Source: Thermoflexia bacterium (GTDB lineage: Bacteria; Chloroflexota; Anaerolineae; B4-G1). From it: DNA of 64,000 nt. Made by a program: the position numbers and the translations under genes. The notes below the pieces were generated by a model, which saw nothing but the letters and a program-made list of their open reading frames with translations, was not told where the DNA came from and made no database searches. This document shows, in pieces, positions 1 through 8,955 of the stretch (the first letter of the stretch is position 1; every line of letters starts with the position of its first letter). Where the stretch lies: assembly GCA_011192155.1 (NCBI GenBank), contig DUEK01000004.1, positions 1 to 64,000 on the forward strand, given 5' to 3'.

Positions 1-217
1 AACCGCCGATCTGACAGGCTATGTTGCCGAACATGAACGAGCCAAATCCAAAACCTTCATAGTGGAAACGGCCGCCCTCAGAGAAAAGGTAGAAACAATA
101 CATCTCGACCGGCCCCAGGATAGCGGCGGCTATGCCGACCAGTAGCAAAAGGGCCCCGATGGCGACGAGAACAAAGGTCCGATCTTTATAATCTAGATTG
201 CCTGCATGTATTTCCAT
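1..217 (-). CDS. partial hypothetical membrane protein (N-terminal 72 codons; continues beyond left edge)
   Basis: Open minus-strand frame from ATG at 217..215 (MEIHAGNLDYKDRTFVLVAIGALLLLVGIAAAILGP...) with no stop to position 1. Hydrophobic segment. Not in ORF track because it is truncated. Confidence 0.3.
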   Translation of the reverse strand, partial: MEIHAGNLDYKDRTFVLVAIGALLLLVGIAAAILGPVEMYCFYLFSEGGRFHYEGFGFGSFMFGNIACQIGG

Positions 218-238
218 GACGAACCCGCCTCAAATTCT

Positions 239-1759
239 CTATTCCAGATTGCGCGCCACGGCCTGGTGCAGCACGATGTAAAACGTCTGGACGTCGGGAT
301 CGCGCGGATCGTGCACGTCATCGAACAGAATTGTGACCAGTACCCAGCGCTCCCGTTCGAGGGCCAGGTCGGCCCACATGCGGGTGCCGTAATCGTCGGT
401 GGTGCGCCCCGCCGACTGGAACCAGTAGGCAGCCGAGGCCAGGCTGTGGCCCTCCCCGTCGCTCAGGGAAAGAAAGCGCACGGGAAAATCGGGAGCGACC
501 AGGTAGGTGCGCGAGTCGTCGAGCGATAGTCCGTAGACCTCGAAGCAGCGCTCCGGCCAGTGCTGGGCGCGCCAGGTGTTGCTGGTGATGAGGATCATTG
601 AGCCTGTGATATCGCGCCACTCAAAGCGCAGCCTGGTGGCCGAATTGGCGCCGCCCCGGGTCAGCCATTCGATCTCGTCGGGTCGGAGCGGCATTGGCTC
701 GGTGACCAGCCCGGCCGGGAACTCCCACGTCGGCGCGGCCTGCGCCAGCCCGGTCTGCGGGCGGGGGGTGTAGACGAGCGCCATCGCCAGTATGACCGCC
801 GCCAGAGCGGGTGCCAGCCACGCCGGGCGGGTAAGGTCGGGTTGGCAATCCGACCCACGCGCGACCGGTTGCAGCCGCAGGAGCACGACCACGGCCGCGC
901 AGGCCACGACGAAGCCGAGCACGCCGAGCGGAACGTGGATCATCTCGGCGACCGTCTCCCAGCCCGCCACCTGCCCGACGACGACCAGCACGCCGACGCG
1001 GGCCACGTTGGCGGCGAGCAGCAGCGCGGCGAAGGCCAGCGCGGTCAGGAGCCAGCGCAGGTTGAGCCGCCGCCGCTCGATCCAGGTCGCGGCGATGAGG
1101 AACAGCGCGCCGGTCCACAGGCTCTTGACCCCGCTGCACGGCACGTCCACCTGCGAGACGCCGTTTTCCAGCACCAGGATGGTGTCCACGCCGACGGACG
1201 CGACGCCGGCCCCCGCCAGCCCGTCGCGCACGAGGGCGGCGGTCAGGATGCGGACGGGGTAGCCGACGAAGGTTTGCAAGTGCTCGCCGAAGGGGAGCGC
1301 GCCGATGAGCAGCAGCAGCGCGGCCGGCAGCCCCTCGCGCCAGCGAGCCGGCTCCATCCACAGCCCCAGCAGCCCGTAGCTGGCTAACCCGAACAGGCTG
1401 GCCGAGATGGTGTTGATGTCGAGAAAGCGTTCGACGAGCAGGTAGAGCGCCGAGCCGCCGAGGACAAGGGTCAGCGCCGGGACGGATAGCTGCGGCGACG
1501 CGTCGAGCCGCGGATGCACGCGCCCTGGGAGCACACGCCCCCCTCGCGCAAGCGAGGTGCGCACGCGGACGGCAATCAGCACGGCCACGCCGACAAGCAC
1601 GATCTGGTTGGTGCGAAAGTCCTCGCGCGAAAAGATGATCGAGAGGTAGCCGAACATACCTCGGTAGAGCCACAGCCACAGGCCAACCACGCCCACGTTG
1701 GCGGCGATGCGGGCGACGCGATTGGCTGTTGTGTGTGTCAGTGTATTGTCAGTTGACAT
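239..1759 (-). CDS. exosortase/archaeosortase-family transmembrane protein fused to an EpsI-like C-terminal domain
   Basis: 506 aa, multi-TM N-terminal half with conserved Cys motif (VDVPCSGVKSLW) typical of exosortases. About 180-aa soluble C-terminal domain as in XrtA-EpsI fusions. Confidence 0.6.
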   Translation of the reverse strand: MSTDNTLTHTTANRVARIAANVGVVGLWLWLYRGMFGYLSIIFSREDFRTNQIVLVGVAVLIAVRVRTSLARGGRVLPGRVHPRLDASPQLSVPALTLVLGGSALYLLVERFLDINTISASLFGLASYGLLGLWMEPARWREGLPAALLLLIGALPFGEHLQTFVGYPVRILTAALVRDGLAGAGVASVGVDTILVLENGVSQVDVPCSGVKSLWTGALFLIAATWIERRRLNLRWLLTALAFAALLLAANVARVGVLVVVGQVAGWETVAEMIHVPLGVLGFVVACAAVVVLLRLQPVARGSDCQPDLTRPAWLAPALAAVILAMALVYTPRPQTGLAQAAPTWEFPAGLVTEPMPLRPDEIEWLTRGGANSATRLRFEWRDITGSMILITSNTWRAQHWPERCFEVYGLSLDDSRTYLVAPDFPVRFLSLSDGEGHSLASAAYWFQSAGRTTDDYGTRMWADLALERERWVLVTILFDDVHDPRDPDVQTFYIVLHQAVARNLE

Positions 1760-1786
1760 ACTATCGAGCGCTGTTAAGCGCCGCGC

Positions 1787-2260
1787 TCAGTCCGGCGGCG
1801 TAGGGGTGATGACCATCACCTCGACCGCCACCCAGCCGTCGTTGTCGCTCAGGATATCGTCGTCAATGCGCAGGTAGAGGGGGCCGGATTCGTTCGCCCG
1901 CCAGCGGACGCGTTGCCCCACGTAAAACGGTTCTCCGTCCTCGCCGATGCGCCCGATCAGCGCGCCACCGGGCACGTTGGGCAAGGGGTAGAAGGCAGGC
2001 GAACTGTAGCGCCGGTGTCCCTCCGGCCCGTGGTACTCGCCCGGCGTGTACAGCCACGTACCCTGGGCCAGGATGCGCACCTCGTCCCCTTCGCGCACGC
2101 GCACCCCTACGCTCTGCCAGCTCCGGTAGGCAAAGATGCGGGGATTGGTGAGCGATTCCTGATACACGGGGAGCACTGTCGCCTGTGCCGCCAGCGCGAC
2201 CAGCCCAATGGTCGCGATCAGGGTCAGGGCTACCAACATGAGTGATTTTTTCATGGTCAT
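1787..2260 (-). CDS. secreted hypothetical protein
   Basis: 157 aa, N-terminal signal peptide (MKKSLMLVALTLIATIGLVALAAQA). RBS GGAGAGG upstream. Confidence 0.5.
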   Translation of the reverse strand: MTMKKSLMLVALTLIATIGLVALAAQATVLPVYQESLTNPRIFAYRSWQSVGVRVREGDEVRILAQGTWLYTPGEYHGPEGHRRYSSPAFYPLPNVPGGALIGRIGEDGEPFYVGQRVRWRANESGPLYLRIDDDILSDNDGWVAVEVMVITPTPPD

Positions 2261-2293
2261 CCTCTCCGTCGAGACCCTAAGGGTTTTGGGTTG

Positions 2294-3217
2294 TCACTCG
2301 CCGGACGATGGGCTTGCCGGCAGCTCTGCGGGGGGCGCATCTTCGCCGCGCAGGTCTACGATGGGGGTGCCGTCGCCACTGATGACCCATTTGCTGTTCT
2401 CCTTCAACTCCTGGGCGATCAGGTATTGGAGGTACATCTCGGCCAGGTCGCCCTGGCCCTCTAGTTCCGAGAGAATGGCGCGCACCGCCAATTGCTGGGC
2501 CGCGGCGATCTCGGTGATCTGATACGCCTCCGCGTCCGCCTGCCGCTGGGCGACGTAGAACTCGGCATCGGCCAGCGTCTTTTGCTGGGCCGCCTCGGCC
2601 TGGGCCTGCTCCTGGCGCTGCACGGCCACCATGCGGTCCTTAATAGCCGTCATCACCTCGTCCGGCGGCGAGGCGCTCTGCATCTGCACAGTGATGAACT
2701 GGACGCCGTACTGCTCCTCTTTCTCCCGCAGCGCCTCCACCACCTCCTGATTCATGGCGGCCCGACTGTGCATCACGACCGTCATCGCCTTGGTGTTGAC
2801 CACGTCCCGCAGCTTGCCCTGCACGAACTCGAAGACAATACGCTCCGGGTCGTCCACCTCCAGGGCATATCGTTGGGGATCGGTCACGCGGTAGGTGTAT
2901 TGGAGCGAGACGTCCATGGTCACGTCGTCGGAGGTCATGGCCGCCAGTTGTTCGACGTAGCCCAGCCGCTCGTTGACTTTGACGATGATGACAGTGTCCG
3001 CCAGCGGAATCTGCACGTGCCAACCCGGTCCTTCCACAGCGACGAACCGACCGCCGCGCAGGTGCAGCCCACGCTCATATTCGTGGATCTTGTAGATCGC
3101 GGCCCGGCCCAAAAAGATCACGGCGGCCAACAGGATGAAGGCGGCCAGTATGACGACGGCCACTTTGTAGAATCGTTCCAGGGTATTGCGTGAAGGGGAT
3201 GCTACAGTCTCGGTCAT
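2294..3217 (-). CDS. SPFH/band-7 (prohibitin/HflC-like) membrane protein
   Basis: Band-7 core (HVQIPLADTVIIVKVNE...TVVMHSRAAMNQEVVEAL) followed by a long coiled-coil-like tail. Start set at the internal ATG (MTETVASP...) with RBS GGAGGTAGAACA. The ORF-track extension to 3340 is low-complexity. Confidence 0.8.
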   Translation of the reverse strand: MTETVASPSRNTLERFYKVAVVILAAFILLAAVIFLGRAAIYKIHEYERGLHLRGGRFVAVEGPGWHVQIPLADTVIIVKVNERLGYVEQLAAMTSDDVTMDVSLQYTYRVTDPQRYALEVDDPERIVFEFVQGKLRDVVNTKAMTVVMHSRAAMNQEVVEALREKEEQYGVQFITVQMQSASPPDEVMTAIKDRMVAVQRQEQAQAEAAQQKTLADAEFYVAQRQADAEAYQITEIAAAQQLAVRAILSELEGQGDLAEMYLQYLIAQELKENSKWVISGDGTPIVDLRGEDAPPAELPASPSSGE

Positions 3218-3517
3218 TGTTCTACCTCCGAAGGATTGAAGATTGGGTGATGGTGATTTGGAGATGGATGATTTAAGATCTACAGATTTGAGATTTGGAA
3301 AGCTGCGCGAAACATCGTGATAAGAGAGGAAAACTCTCACAGGTTGGCGCCCAAAACCCCGGTAGGCTGTTTTTTGTAGGGTGAAGAACGCCGCAGGGGT
3401 TTTGGCCCTTTTTCAAGTTGTTTCTTAGCAGTAATTTGTGCTTTTGCGCCGTCTCCAGTAAATCCGTCAATCTTAAATCAACAGTGACTGCCCAGACCAT
3501 AGTTACACAGAGATACA

Positions 3518-3590
3518 CGGAGAAAAAGCTTAAATTTCTTTTCAGTTCTCTGTGTCCAAATTAGACTGTCTGGGTAGTTACAATCAACAA
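3518..3590. repeat. GTTACACAGAGA...AAATTAGAC repeat (family D), imperfect about 100-bp palindrome
   Basis: ACACAGAGA...TCTCTGTGT inverted arms. Related copies at 44531..44590 (GTTACACAGAGAAGGCACAGAGATTCACTGAG...AAATTAGAC) and 48226..48250 (CACAGAGGCACAGAGGACACTGAG). Confidence 0.4.
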
Positions 3591-3690
3591 ATCATAAATC
3601 ACCTTGATGCTTCCAGCTTACCAGAATCAGAGCGGTTTGTCTACTGTAATTTCATACAGTTCTACCTGTAGATTCCTACAGGGCGATCAA

Positions 3691-3720
3691 ACAAAAAGAG
3701 CCCGGCGCTCGGCGCCAGGC
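3691..3720 (-). terminator. rho-independent terminator after the response-regulator gene
   Basis: Minus-strand GC-rich stem GCCTGGCGCC-GAG-CGCCGGGC followed by TCTTTTTGTTTG, 30 nt after the stop at 3750. Confidence 0.4.
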
Positions 3721-3749
3721 ACCTCCCAGTCTATCCCTGCTCTACTACA

Positions 3750-4379
3750 TCAAGGGGCGATGCCGTGCTCCGTGGCCCACATCGCCGCCTCCACCCGCGA
3801 GGCCGCTCCCAACTTGTGCAGAATATTGCTGACGTGAAATTGCGCTGTTCGCTCCACCACCTGCAGCTTGAAGGCGATTTCCTTATTGCTCAACCCTTCT
3901 GCTACCAGCCGCAGCACCTCTAGCTCCCGTTTCGTCAGACCGCCCGGTTGTTCTCCTCGCGCCCAGGCCGTCACCGTGGCCGTCACCGTTGGGCTAAAGT
4001 ATCCCTTGCCTCGCGCCGCAGCCCGCACCGCGGCCACGATCACGCTCGGCGCTTCGTCCTTCAGCAGGTAGCCCACGGCGCCCGCTTTCAGCATCCCGCG
4101 CACGTACCGTTCATCGTCGTAGGAGCTGAGGGCCAGTACGCACGCCGGCAAGTTCCGCCGCCGAATCTCGCGCGCCACATCCACGCCCTCCACCTCCGGC
4201 AGTTCGCAATCCAGCACGACCACGTCGGGCTGTGCTGTCTCAATCAACGCCAGCGCTTCCGCGCCGTTCTCTGCCTCGCCCACCAGTTCCACGTCGGGCG
4301 CGCGCTCCAAGAGCACCCGCAACCCCAAGCGTAGGGCGGGGTGATCGTCGACCAGCAGCACACGGATGGTCTCGCTCAC
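3750..4379 (-). CDS. response regulator, NarL/FixJ family (REC + LuxR-type HTH)
   Basis: N-terminal receiver (LLVDDHPALR...D...VVVLDCELP), C-terminal LuxR HTH (LTKRELEVLRLVAEGLSNKEIA). GTG start overlaps the upstream stop (GTGA). Confidence 0.85.
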   Translation of the reverse strand: MSETIRVLLVDDHPALRLGLRVLLERAPDVELVGEAENGAEALALIETAQPDVVVLDCELPEVEGVDVAREIRRRNLPACVLALSSYDDERYVRGMLKAGAVGYLLKDEAPSVIVAAVRAAARGKGYFSPTVTATVTAWARGEQPGGLTKRELEVLRLVAEGLSNKEIAFKLQVVERTAQFHVSNILHKLGAASRVEAAMWATEHGIAP

Positions 4380-5842
4380 GGTTTCCCTTTCAACAGCAAG
4401 TCGAATTCCTCCGCCGCGTCCAGCAACCGGCCCGGCTGTCGCGTGAGGCTAAAGTATTCCCACTGCGTGTCGTGCGGGAAATAGTCCAGGAACCAGCACA
4501 ATGCCTTGATCTGTGGCTCCTCGTTGATCACCCCCAGCGCGGCCGTCAGCCAGCCGCGAGGGTAGTTCTGCGCCGGAGGGACACTTTCGTCGGGGGCAAA
4601 GGTGTTGGCGACGGTGAGGTATACCGGCAGCCCGCGCGTCGTGGAATAGGCATTGACAATGTCCAGCCACTCCCGGTAGACGCGGAACCCGGCCTGGGCG
4701 CCGTTCCACTCCCCCCGCTTCAGATCCAGCCGCGGCTCCTCGTCCGCGTCCCGTCCGGCCAGTTCCGGCGCGGCGGGGCGGCCCGCAGCCTGGACGGCAA
4801 AGCCATCGGGCGCGGTCAGCGGAATGCCAGTGGCCGCTTTCGCCCGCGCCCCTTCGTCCAGCGCAGCTACCAGTGTGTTCGCATAGTTGAGCCAGGGCGC
4901 ATCTATCTCGTAGCGCTGCTCCCCATCCTGGTCGGTGGTCCACGGCTGTACCGGGCCAACGAGCACGCGCACGTGGGGGTTATCCGCCCGCATCACCTGC
5001 ACTGCGTTATCGGCGTGGGCGATCTCTTCGCCGTAGCCGTTGAAGACGCGCGCGTACCATTCCGGCGTCACCGGGTGGGCCGGGGCCAGAGAGTTGCTGT
5101 CCAGCGAGTTGTAGCTGCTGCCGAGGAAATAGCCGTACACGTCTCGCAGGCGCTCGTCCCGGGCCAGCCGTTGCAGGTATTGGAGATACTGGGACAAGGC
5201 TAGATAATCGCCCGCCGGGGGCAAGCTCTGGCCATAGTCGTAATCCACCCGCACCAACACACGCAGCCCTTTTCCCGCAGCTTGATGGACGCGCGCGGCC
5301 AGGTCGTCTATGCCCCAGTGCTCCTCCTCGGCCATCAGCGCGTAGGTCAGTTCCACGTTCCATCCGCTGCGGCCGTGCCAGTCTCGCTCCGGGTTGGCAA
5401 AGACGAGCCCCAGTTTGGTGGGCAGCGGGTTGGTCTGAGCAGCGGGCGGCCCCGTTCCTATCGTCATGCGCCCCCGTTCTATGCAGCCGGTGTGGCAATC
5501 GCGGTAAAAGACGAGCGTGCATCCCCCATCCTCTGGGACGACGAATTTCCACTCCCACACCAGGGCGTCGTCGGGGCCGGTGGGCCATCTCTTGGCCTGG
5601 GCCGGCTGCCCATCCACCGTGAGCAGGACGTAGCTCCACGGAACGCCGTCCGTTACCCGCAGGGTGGCCTCCTGACCGGGGGCGGGGGCGGGCGGCGATA
5701 GCCGCATCTGGGGCCAAAGCAGGCCGATCGGGTCGCCGCCGGGTATGATCACCACTTGCCCAGAGATGGGCAGCAGCCAGTAGCCGCCCAACAGGACCAG
5801 GAGCGGTAGTATCCACCACCACTTCCGCAACCAAGTGTTCAC
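4376..5842 (-). CDS. membrane-anchored extracytoplasmic protein with a glycoside-hydrolase-like (TIM-barrel-like) domain; putative accessory component of the two-component system
   Basis: 488 aa. N-terminal TM helix (WWWILPLLVLLGGYWLL), Pro-rich linker, about 120-aa beta-rich region, then about 330 aa with hydrolase-like pattern (LRVLVRVDYDYGQS..., NPHVRVLVGP...). GTG start with RBS GGAGGAGG overlapping the kinase stop (GTGA). Own stop overlaps the regulator GTG start. Confidence 0.5.
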   Translation of the reverse strand: MNTWLRKWWWILPLLVLLGGYWLLPISGQVVIIPGGDPIGLLWPQMRLSPPAPAPGQEATLRVTDGVPWSYVLLTVDGQPAQAKRWPTGPDDALVWEWKFVVPEDGGCTLVFYRDCHTGCIERGRMTIGTGPPAAQTNPLPTKLGLVFANPERDWHGRSGWNVELTYALMAEEEHWGIDDLAARVHQAAGKGLRVLVRVDYDYGQSLPPAGDYLALSQYLQYLQRLARDERLRDVYGYFLGSSYNSLDSNSLAPAHPVTPEWYARVFNGYGEEIAHADNAVQVMRADNPHVRVLVGPVQPWTTDQDGEQRYEIDAPWLNYANTLVAALDEGARAKAATGIPLTAPDGFAVQAAGRPAAPELAGRDADEEPRLDLKRGEWNGAQAGFRVYREWLDIVNAYSTTRGLPVYLTVANTFAPDESVPPAQNYPRGWLTAALGVINEEPQIKALCWFLDYFPHDTQWEYFSLTRQPGRLLDAAEEFDLLLKGKP

Positions 5843-6972
5843 GCCCTCACCTCCTCCGGCAAAATCGACAGGACAAAGCGCACGCGCGTACCCGTCTCCT
5901 CACCCACGGTGCGGCTTTGCAGTTCCAGGCGGCTCTGGTGACGGCGCAGGATTTCCTCCACCAGCGTCAGTCCCAAGCCGCTGCCCTCTATCTTGCGGGG
6001 GACGGCGCGGTAAAAGCGGCGAGTGACGTGCGGTAGGTGCTCGGCCGGGATGCCGGGGCCGGTGTCACGCACGATGCACTCAACCCCCTCCTCCACCCGC
6101 CCCAGCGAGACGATCACCCGGTCGCCAGGTCTGGAGTATTTGATGCCGTTATCCAGGAGGTTGAGAAAAACTTGCAAGAGACGGCCTTCCTGCCCCACGA
6201 CGAGAGGCAGAAGGGTTTGAGCATGCAAAGAGAGGTCAATCTCTCGCCCCTCCGCCTGGGGCGCGCTCTGAGCAATGGCCTGCTCCACTAGGGCCAGGAG
6301 GTCCACAGGCCGCCGCTCAATCTCGACACTGGTTTCCAGGCGGCCCAGCTCAAGCATCTGGTTGATCAGCCGGGCCATGCGCCTGGTCTCTGTCTGCAAC
6401 AGATGGAGCGACTGTTGGCGAATCTCCTCAGAGACGTCAGGTAGGAGCAGAATTTCCAGATGGGTCAGGATGGTGCCGATGGGGGTGCGCAGTTCGTGGG
6501 AGAGCGCGCTGAACAGGTAGCTGGCGGCCTGCTCAGCCCGGTGCTGGGCAGTGGCCTCCATCACCACGACGATGTCCATCTCGTTCCAGGGAGTGACCCA
6601 CCAGCGGACGACCCGGTCTGAGGGAAGCGAGACGCGGCGGTAGCGCCCCATCGCCCCCATCTCCTGCCGCGCCGCTCCCCGGTCTTCTTCCAGGAGCGGA
6701 ACCCAGGCCGCTTCGGGGAGCAGGCCATCGGGTGAGGTCAGCCCCAGCAGGCGGCGAGCGTAGGGGTTGGCGTAGCGATAGGAGCGCGGGCCATCCAGCA
6801 TCAGCCAGCCAAAGGAGGCGCGTTCCAGCACGGTATGCACGCCCTCCGGGGTGAGGGGCGAGGCCCGGCGCTCTCTACGCCGCCATCGCGCCAGCCGGAC
6901 GGTCAACGAGACGATGGAGATCGTCGCCAGCAGGAGAACAAAGATCACCCAACGCAGGTCGAGGAAGAGCAT
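5839..6972 (-). CDS. sensor histidine kinase (HisKA + HATPase_c), single N-terminal TM helix
   Basis: H-box LSHELRTPIGTIL, N/G1/G2 boxes (NLLDNGIKYS, RDTGPGIP, GSGLGLTLV). TATAAT 11-16 nt upstream of the ATG. Confidence 0.85.
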   Translation of the reverse strand: MLFLDLRWVIFVLLLATISIVSLTVRLARWRRRERRASPLTPEGVHTVLERASFGWLMLDGPRSYRYANPYARRLLGLTSPDGLLPEAAWVPLLEEDRGAARQEMGAMGRYRRVSLPSDRVVRWWVTPWNEMDIVVVMEATAQHRAEQAASYLFSALSHELRTPIGTILTHLEILLLPDVSEEIRQQSLHLLQTETRRMARLINQMLELGRLETSVEIERRPVDLLALVEQAIAQSAPQAEGREIDLSLHAQTLLPLVVGQEGRLLQVFLNLLDNGIKYSRPGDRVIVSLGRVEEGVECIVRDTGPGIPAEHLPHVTRRFYRAVPRKIEGSGLGLTLVEEILRRHQSRLELQSRTVGEETGTRVRFVLSILPEEVRA

Positions 6973-7020
6973 AGTGGGCTAATTATACGGGAGAAGTGGG
7001 CAAGTAGGCAAGTTCGCGTA

Positions 7021-7037
7021 TTGGTTGCAATTTGCAA
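7021..7037. promoter_or_regulatory. palindromic operator candidate (GGTTGCAA-T-TTGCAACC) overlapping the -35 region of the vapBC promoter
   Basis: Perfect 8-1-8 inverted repeat 14 nt upstream of TATAAT (7051..7056). RBS AGGAGGTGG, then vapB ATG at 7073. Confidence 0.35.
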
Positions 7038-7072
7038 CCAGAAATGGTATAATCAGGATAGGAGGTGGACAT

Positions 7073-7315
7073 ATGTCTATTTTGCACGTGCGGAATGTTC
7101 CCGAGCCACTGTATGCACGCTTGAAACAACGGGCAAAGACACAGCGCCGCTCGTTGAGCGCAGAAGTCGTCACCTTGCTGGAATGGGCCGTCGAGGAAGT
7201 AGAGCGTGCGTCGCAAGTTTCCCTGGCGACAATTCGTCGCCGTCGCTTTTTCGAGCCTGCCGCTGTCAACGCGCCTGATAGTACAACACTGCTGCGCGAG
7301 GACCGCGAGCGATGA
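7073..7315 (+). CDS. vapB: VapB-type antitoxin (ribbon-helix-helix/Arc-like)
   Basis: 80-aa protein (MSILHVRNVPEPLYARLKQRAKTQRRSLSAEVVTLLE...). Strong RBS. Stop overlaps the vapC ATG (ATGA). Confidence 0.7.
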   Translation: MSILHVRNVPEPLYARLKQRAKTQRRSLSAEVVTLLEWAVEEVERASQVSLATIRRRRFFEPAAVNAPDSTTLLREDRER

Positions 7316-7767
7316 TAGCGGAACGAGGGGAAAACTTTGATTGTGTGGTTGATGCCAGCGTAGGAATCAAGCTCTTTCTAGTCGAGCCACTTTCGAATCG
7401 AGCTGATGTGCTGTTCGACCGCTTGACCGACGACCCACCGAGCCGGTTCTATGTGCCGGACTTGTTCTTTATTGAATGTACCAACATCCTGTGGAAATAC
7501 GTACGGCGCTTCAATTATCCTGCGGACGCGGCGCGGCAGGATGTCGCAGACCTCACCCAGTTGCCATTGAGGGCCGTTTCCAGCGCGGCGCTGGTGGACA
7601 AAGCTCTGGCCCTGGCTATACAGCACGGCAGTACCGCTTACGATTCAGTGTACGTTGCTCTGGCAGAACGATTATCGGCGCCCCTGGTGACGGCCGATGA
7701 AGCGTTGGTGCGTCGTTTTACCGGTACCAACCTGGATGTGCATTTCCTGGGCGATTGGCCCTGGTGA
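7312..7767 (+). CDS. vapC: PIN-domain ribonuclease toxin VapC
   Basis: 151 aa with PIN acidic residues (VVDASVGIKLF...D...E...D). 4-bp overlap with antitoxin. Confidence 0.8.
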   Translation: MIAERGENFDCVVDASVGIKLFLVEPLSNRADVLFDRLTDDPPSRFYVPDLFFIECTNILWKYVRRFNYPADAARQDVADLTQLPLRAVSSAALVDKALALAIQHGSTAYDSVYVALAERLSAPLVTADEALVRRFTGTNLDVHFLGDWPW

Positions 7768-7769
7768 TT

Positions 7770-8933
7770 TTAGTCTCCCCGCCGCAAGAGACGCAACGCC
7801 GCCTCGGCCAGGATGGCGGCCCCGATGGGGAGGCAGCGCTCGTCAACGTCAAAGCGCGGATTGTGGTGTTTGCGCTCGTCCCCTTCGATGCGGCAGCCCA
7901 GCATGAACATTGCGCCCGGTGCAAGATCGGTAAACACGCCAAAATCCTCGGCCCCCATCTCTGGCTTGTTAGGCCGGACGTGTTTCTCTCCGTCCAACAG
8001 TTCGACGGCCACGTCGCGGATGAGGTCCACCACCTCCGCATCGTTGAGCAGGGGCATATCGCCAAGCTCAATGTGGAGCGTATAGTCGCCGCCGAGCGTC
8101 TGGGCCATCTTCAATGCCCGCTCGATCTCGGCGTGAATCTGTTCCCGCACCTCCAACTCCATAAAGCGGATCGTGCCGGACATTTTGACGCTCTCCGGGA
8201 TCACGTTCTCCGCTTGCCCGCCGTGGATAGAACCGATGCTGACCACCGCAGGGGCGGCCGGATGCAGGCGGCGGGAGACGATGCCATGCAGCGCCAAGAT
8301 AACGTGCCCTGCGATATAGATCGGGTCCACCACCTCGTGAGGCATCGCCCCGTGCCCCCCCTGACCGATGACAGTCGCGTAAAAGGTATCCACCCCGGCC
8401 GAGACCGGGCCAGCGCCGACGATAATATCGCCGACGGGCAGCGCGGCGTCCACGTGCAACGCCAATACTGCATCCACGTCCTCCATCGCGTCATCCTCCA
8501 CCATGCGGGGCGCGCCGCTGATTCCCTCGTCGTCCCCCACCTCCTCGGCCGGTTGGAAGAGAAAGCGCACCGTGCCGGGGAATTGCTCCTCTGACAGCAG
8601 CGTCGCCACGCCCAGCGCGATGGCGACGTGGCAATCGTGGCCGCAGGCGTGCATCACGCCTGGGACCTGCGAGGCATAATCCACGTCGTTAGTCTCTTGG
8701 ATGGGGAGCGCGTCCATGTCGGCGCGGATAGCGATGATGGGATGCCCCTCTCCCCGTTCCGCCGCCACACCGGTGCGTCCCACGCCGGTGCGGACCCGGT
8801 AGCCTAAGGGCGTCAATATCTCCGCCACGCGGGCGGAAGTGCGCGTTTCTTGAAATCCCAGCTCGGGGTGCGCGTGGAACTCGCGCCGCCAGACGGTTAG
8901 TTGTTCTTTGATTTTTTGGGCGTGTTGCAACAT
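7770..8933 (-). CDS. M20D-family amidohydrolase (N-acyl-amino acid / hippurate hydrolase-like)
   Basis: HACGHDCH metal-binding motif, dimerisation insert, 388 aa from MLQHAQKIKEQ... The ORF-track N-terminal extension is not supported by homology. Confidence 0.8.
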   Translation of the reverse strand: MLQHAQKIKEQLTVWRREFHAHPELGFQETRTSARVAEILTPLGYRVRTGVGRTGVAAERGEGHPIIAIRADMDALPIQETNDVDYASQVPGVMHACGHDCHVAIALGVATLLSEEQFPGTVRFLFQPAEEVGDDEGISGAPRMVEDDAMEDVDAVLALHVDAALPVGDIIVGAGPVSAGVDTFYATVIGQGGHGAMPHEVVDPIYIAGHVILALHGIVSRRLHPAAPAVVSIGSIHGGQAENVIPESVKMSGTIRFMELEVREQIHAEIERALKMAQTLGGDYTLHIELGDMPLLNDAEVVDLIRDVAVELLDGEKHVRPNKPEMGAEDFGVFTDLAPGAMFMLGCRIEGDERKHHNPRFDVDERCLPIGAAILAEAALRLLRRGD

Positions 8934-8955
8934 ATATGGTTTCTCTCTCCATCTG

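Noticed and set aside
621-1679. 352-aa Arg/Ala/Gly-rich ORF (and 842..1387, 792..1262) overlapping the exosortase gene
   Set aside because: Low-complexity, R/A/G-rich translations are typical alternative-frame artefacts in high-GC DNA. The exosortase frame has motif support.
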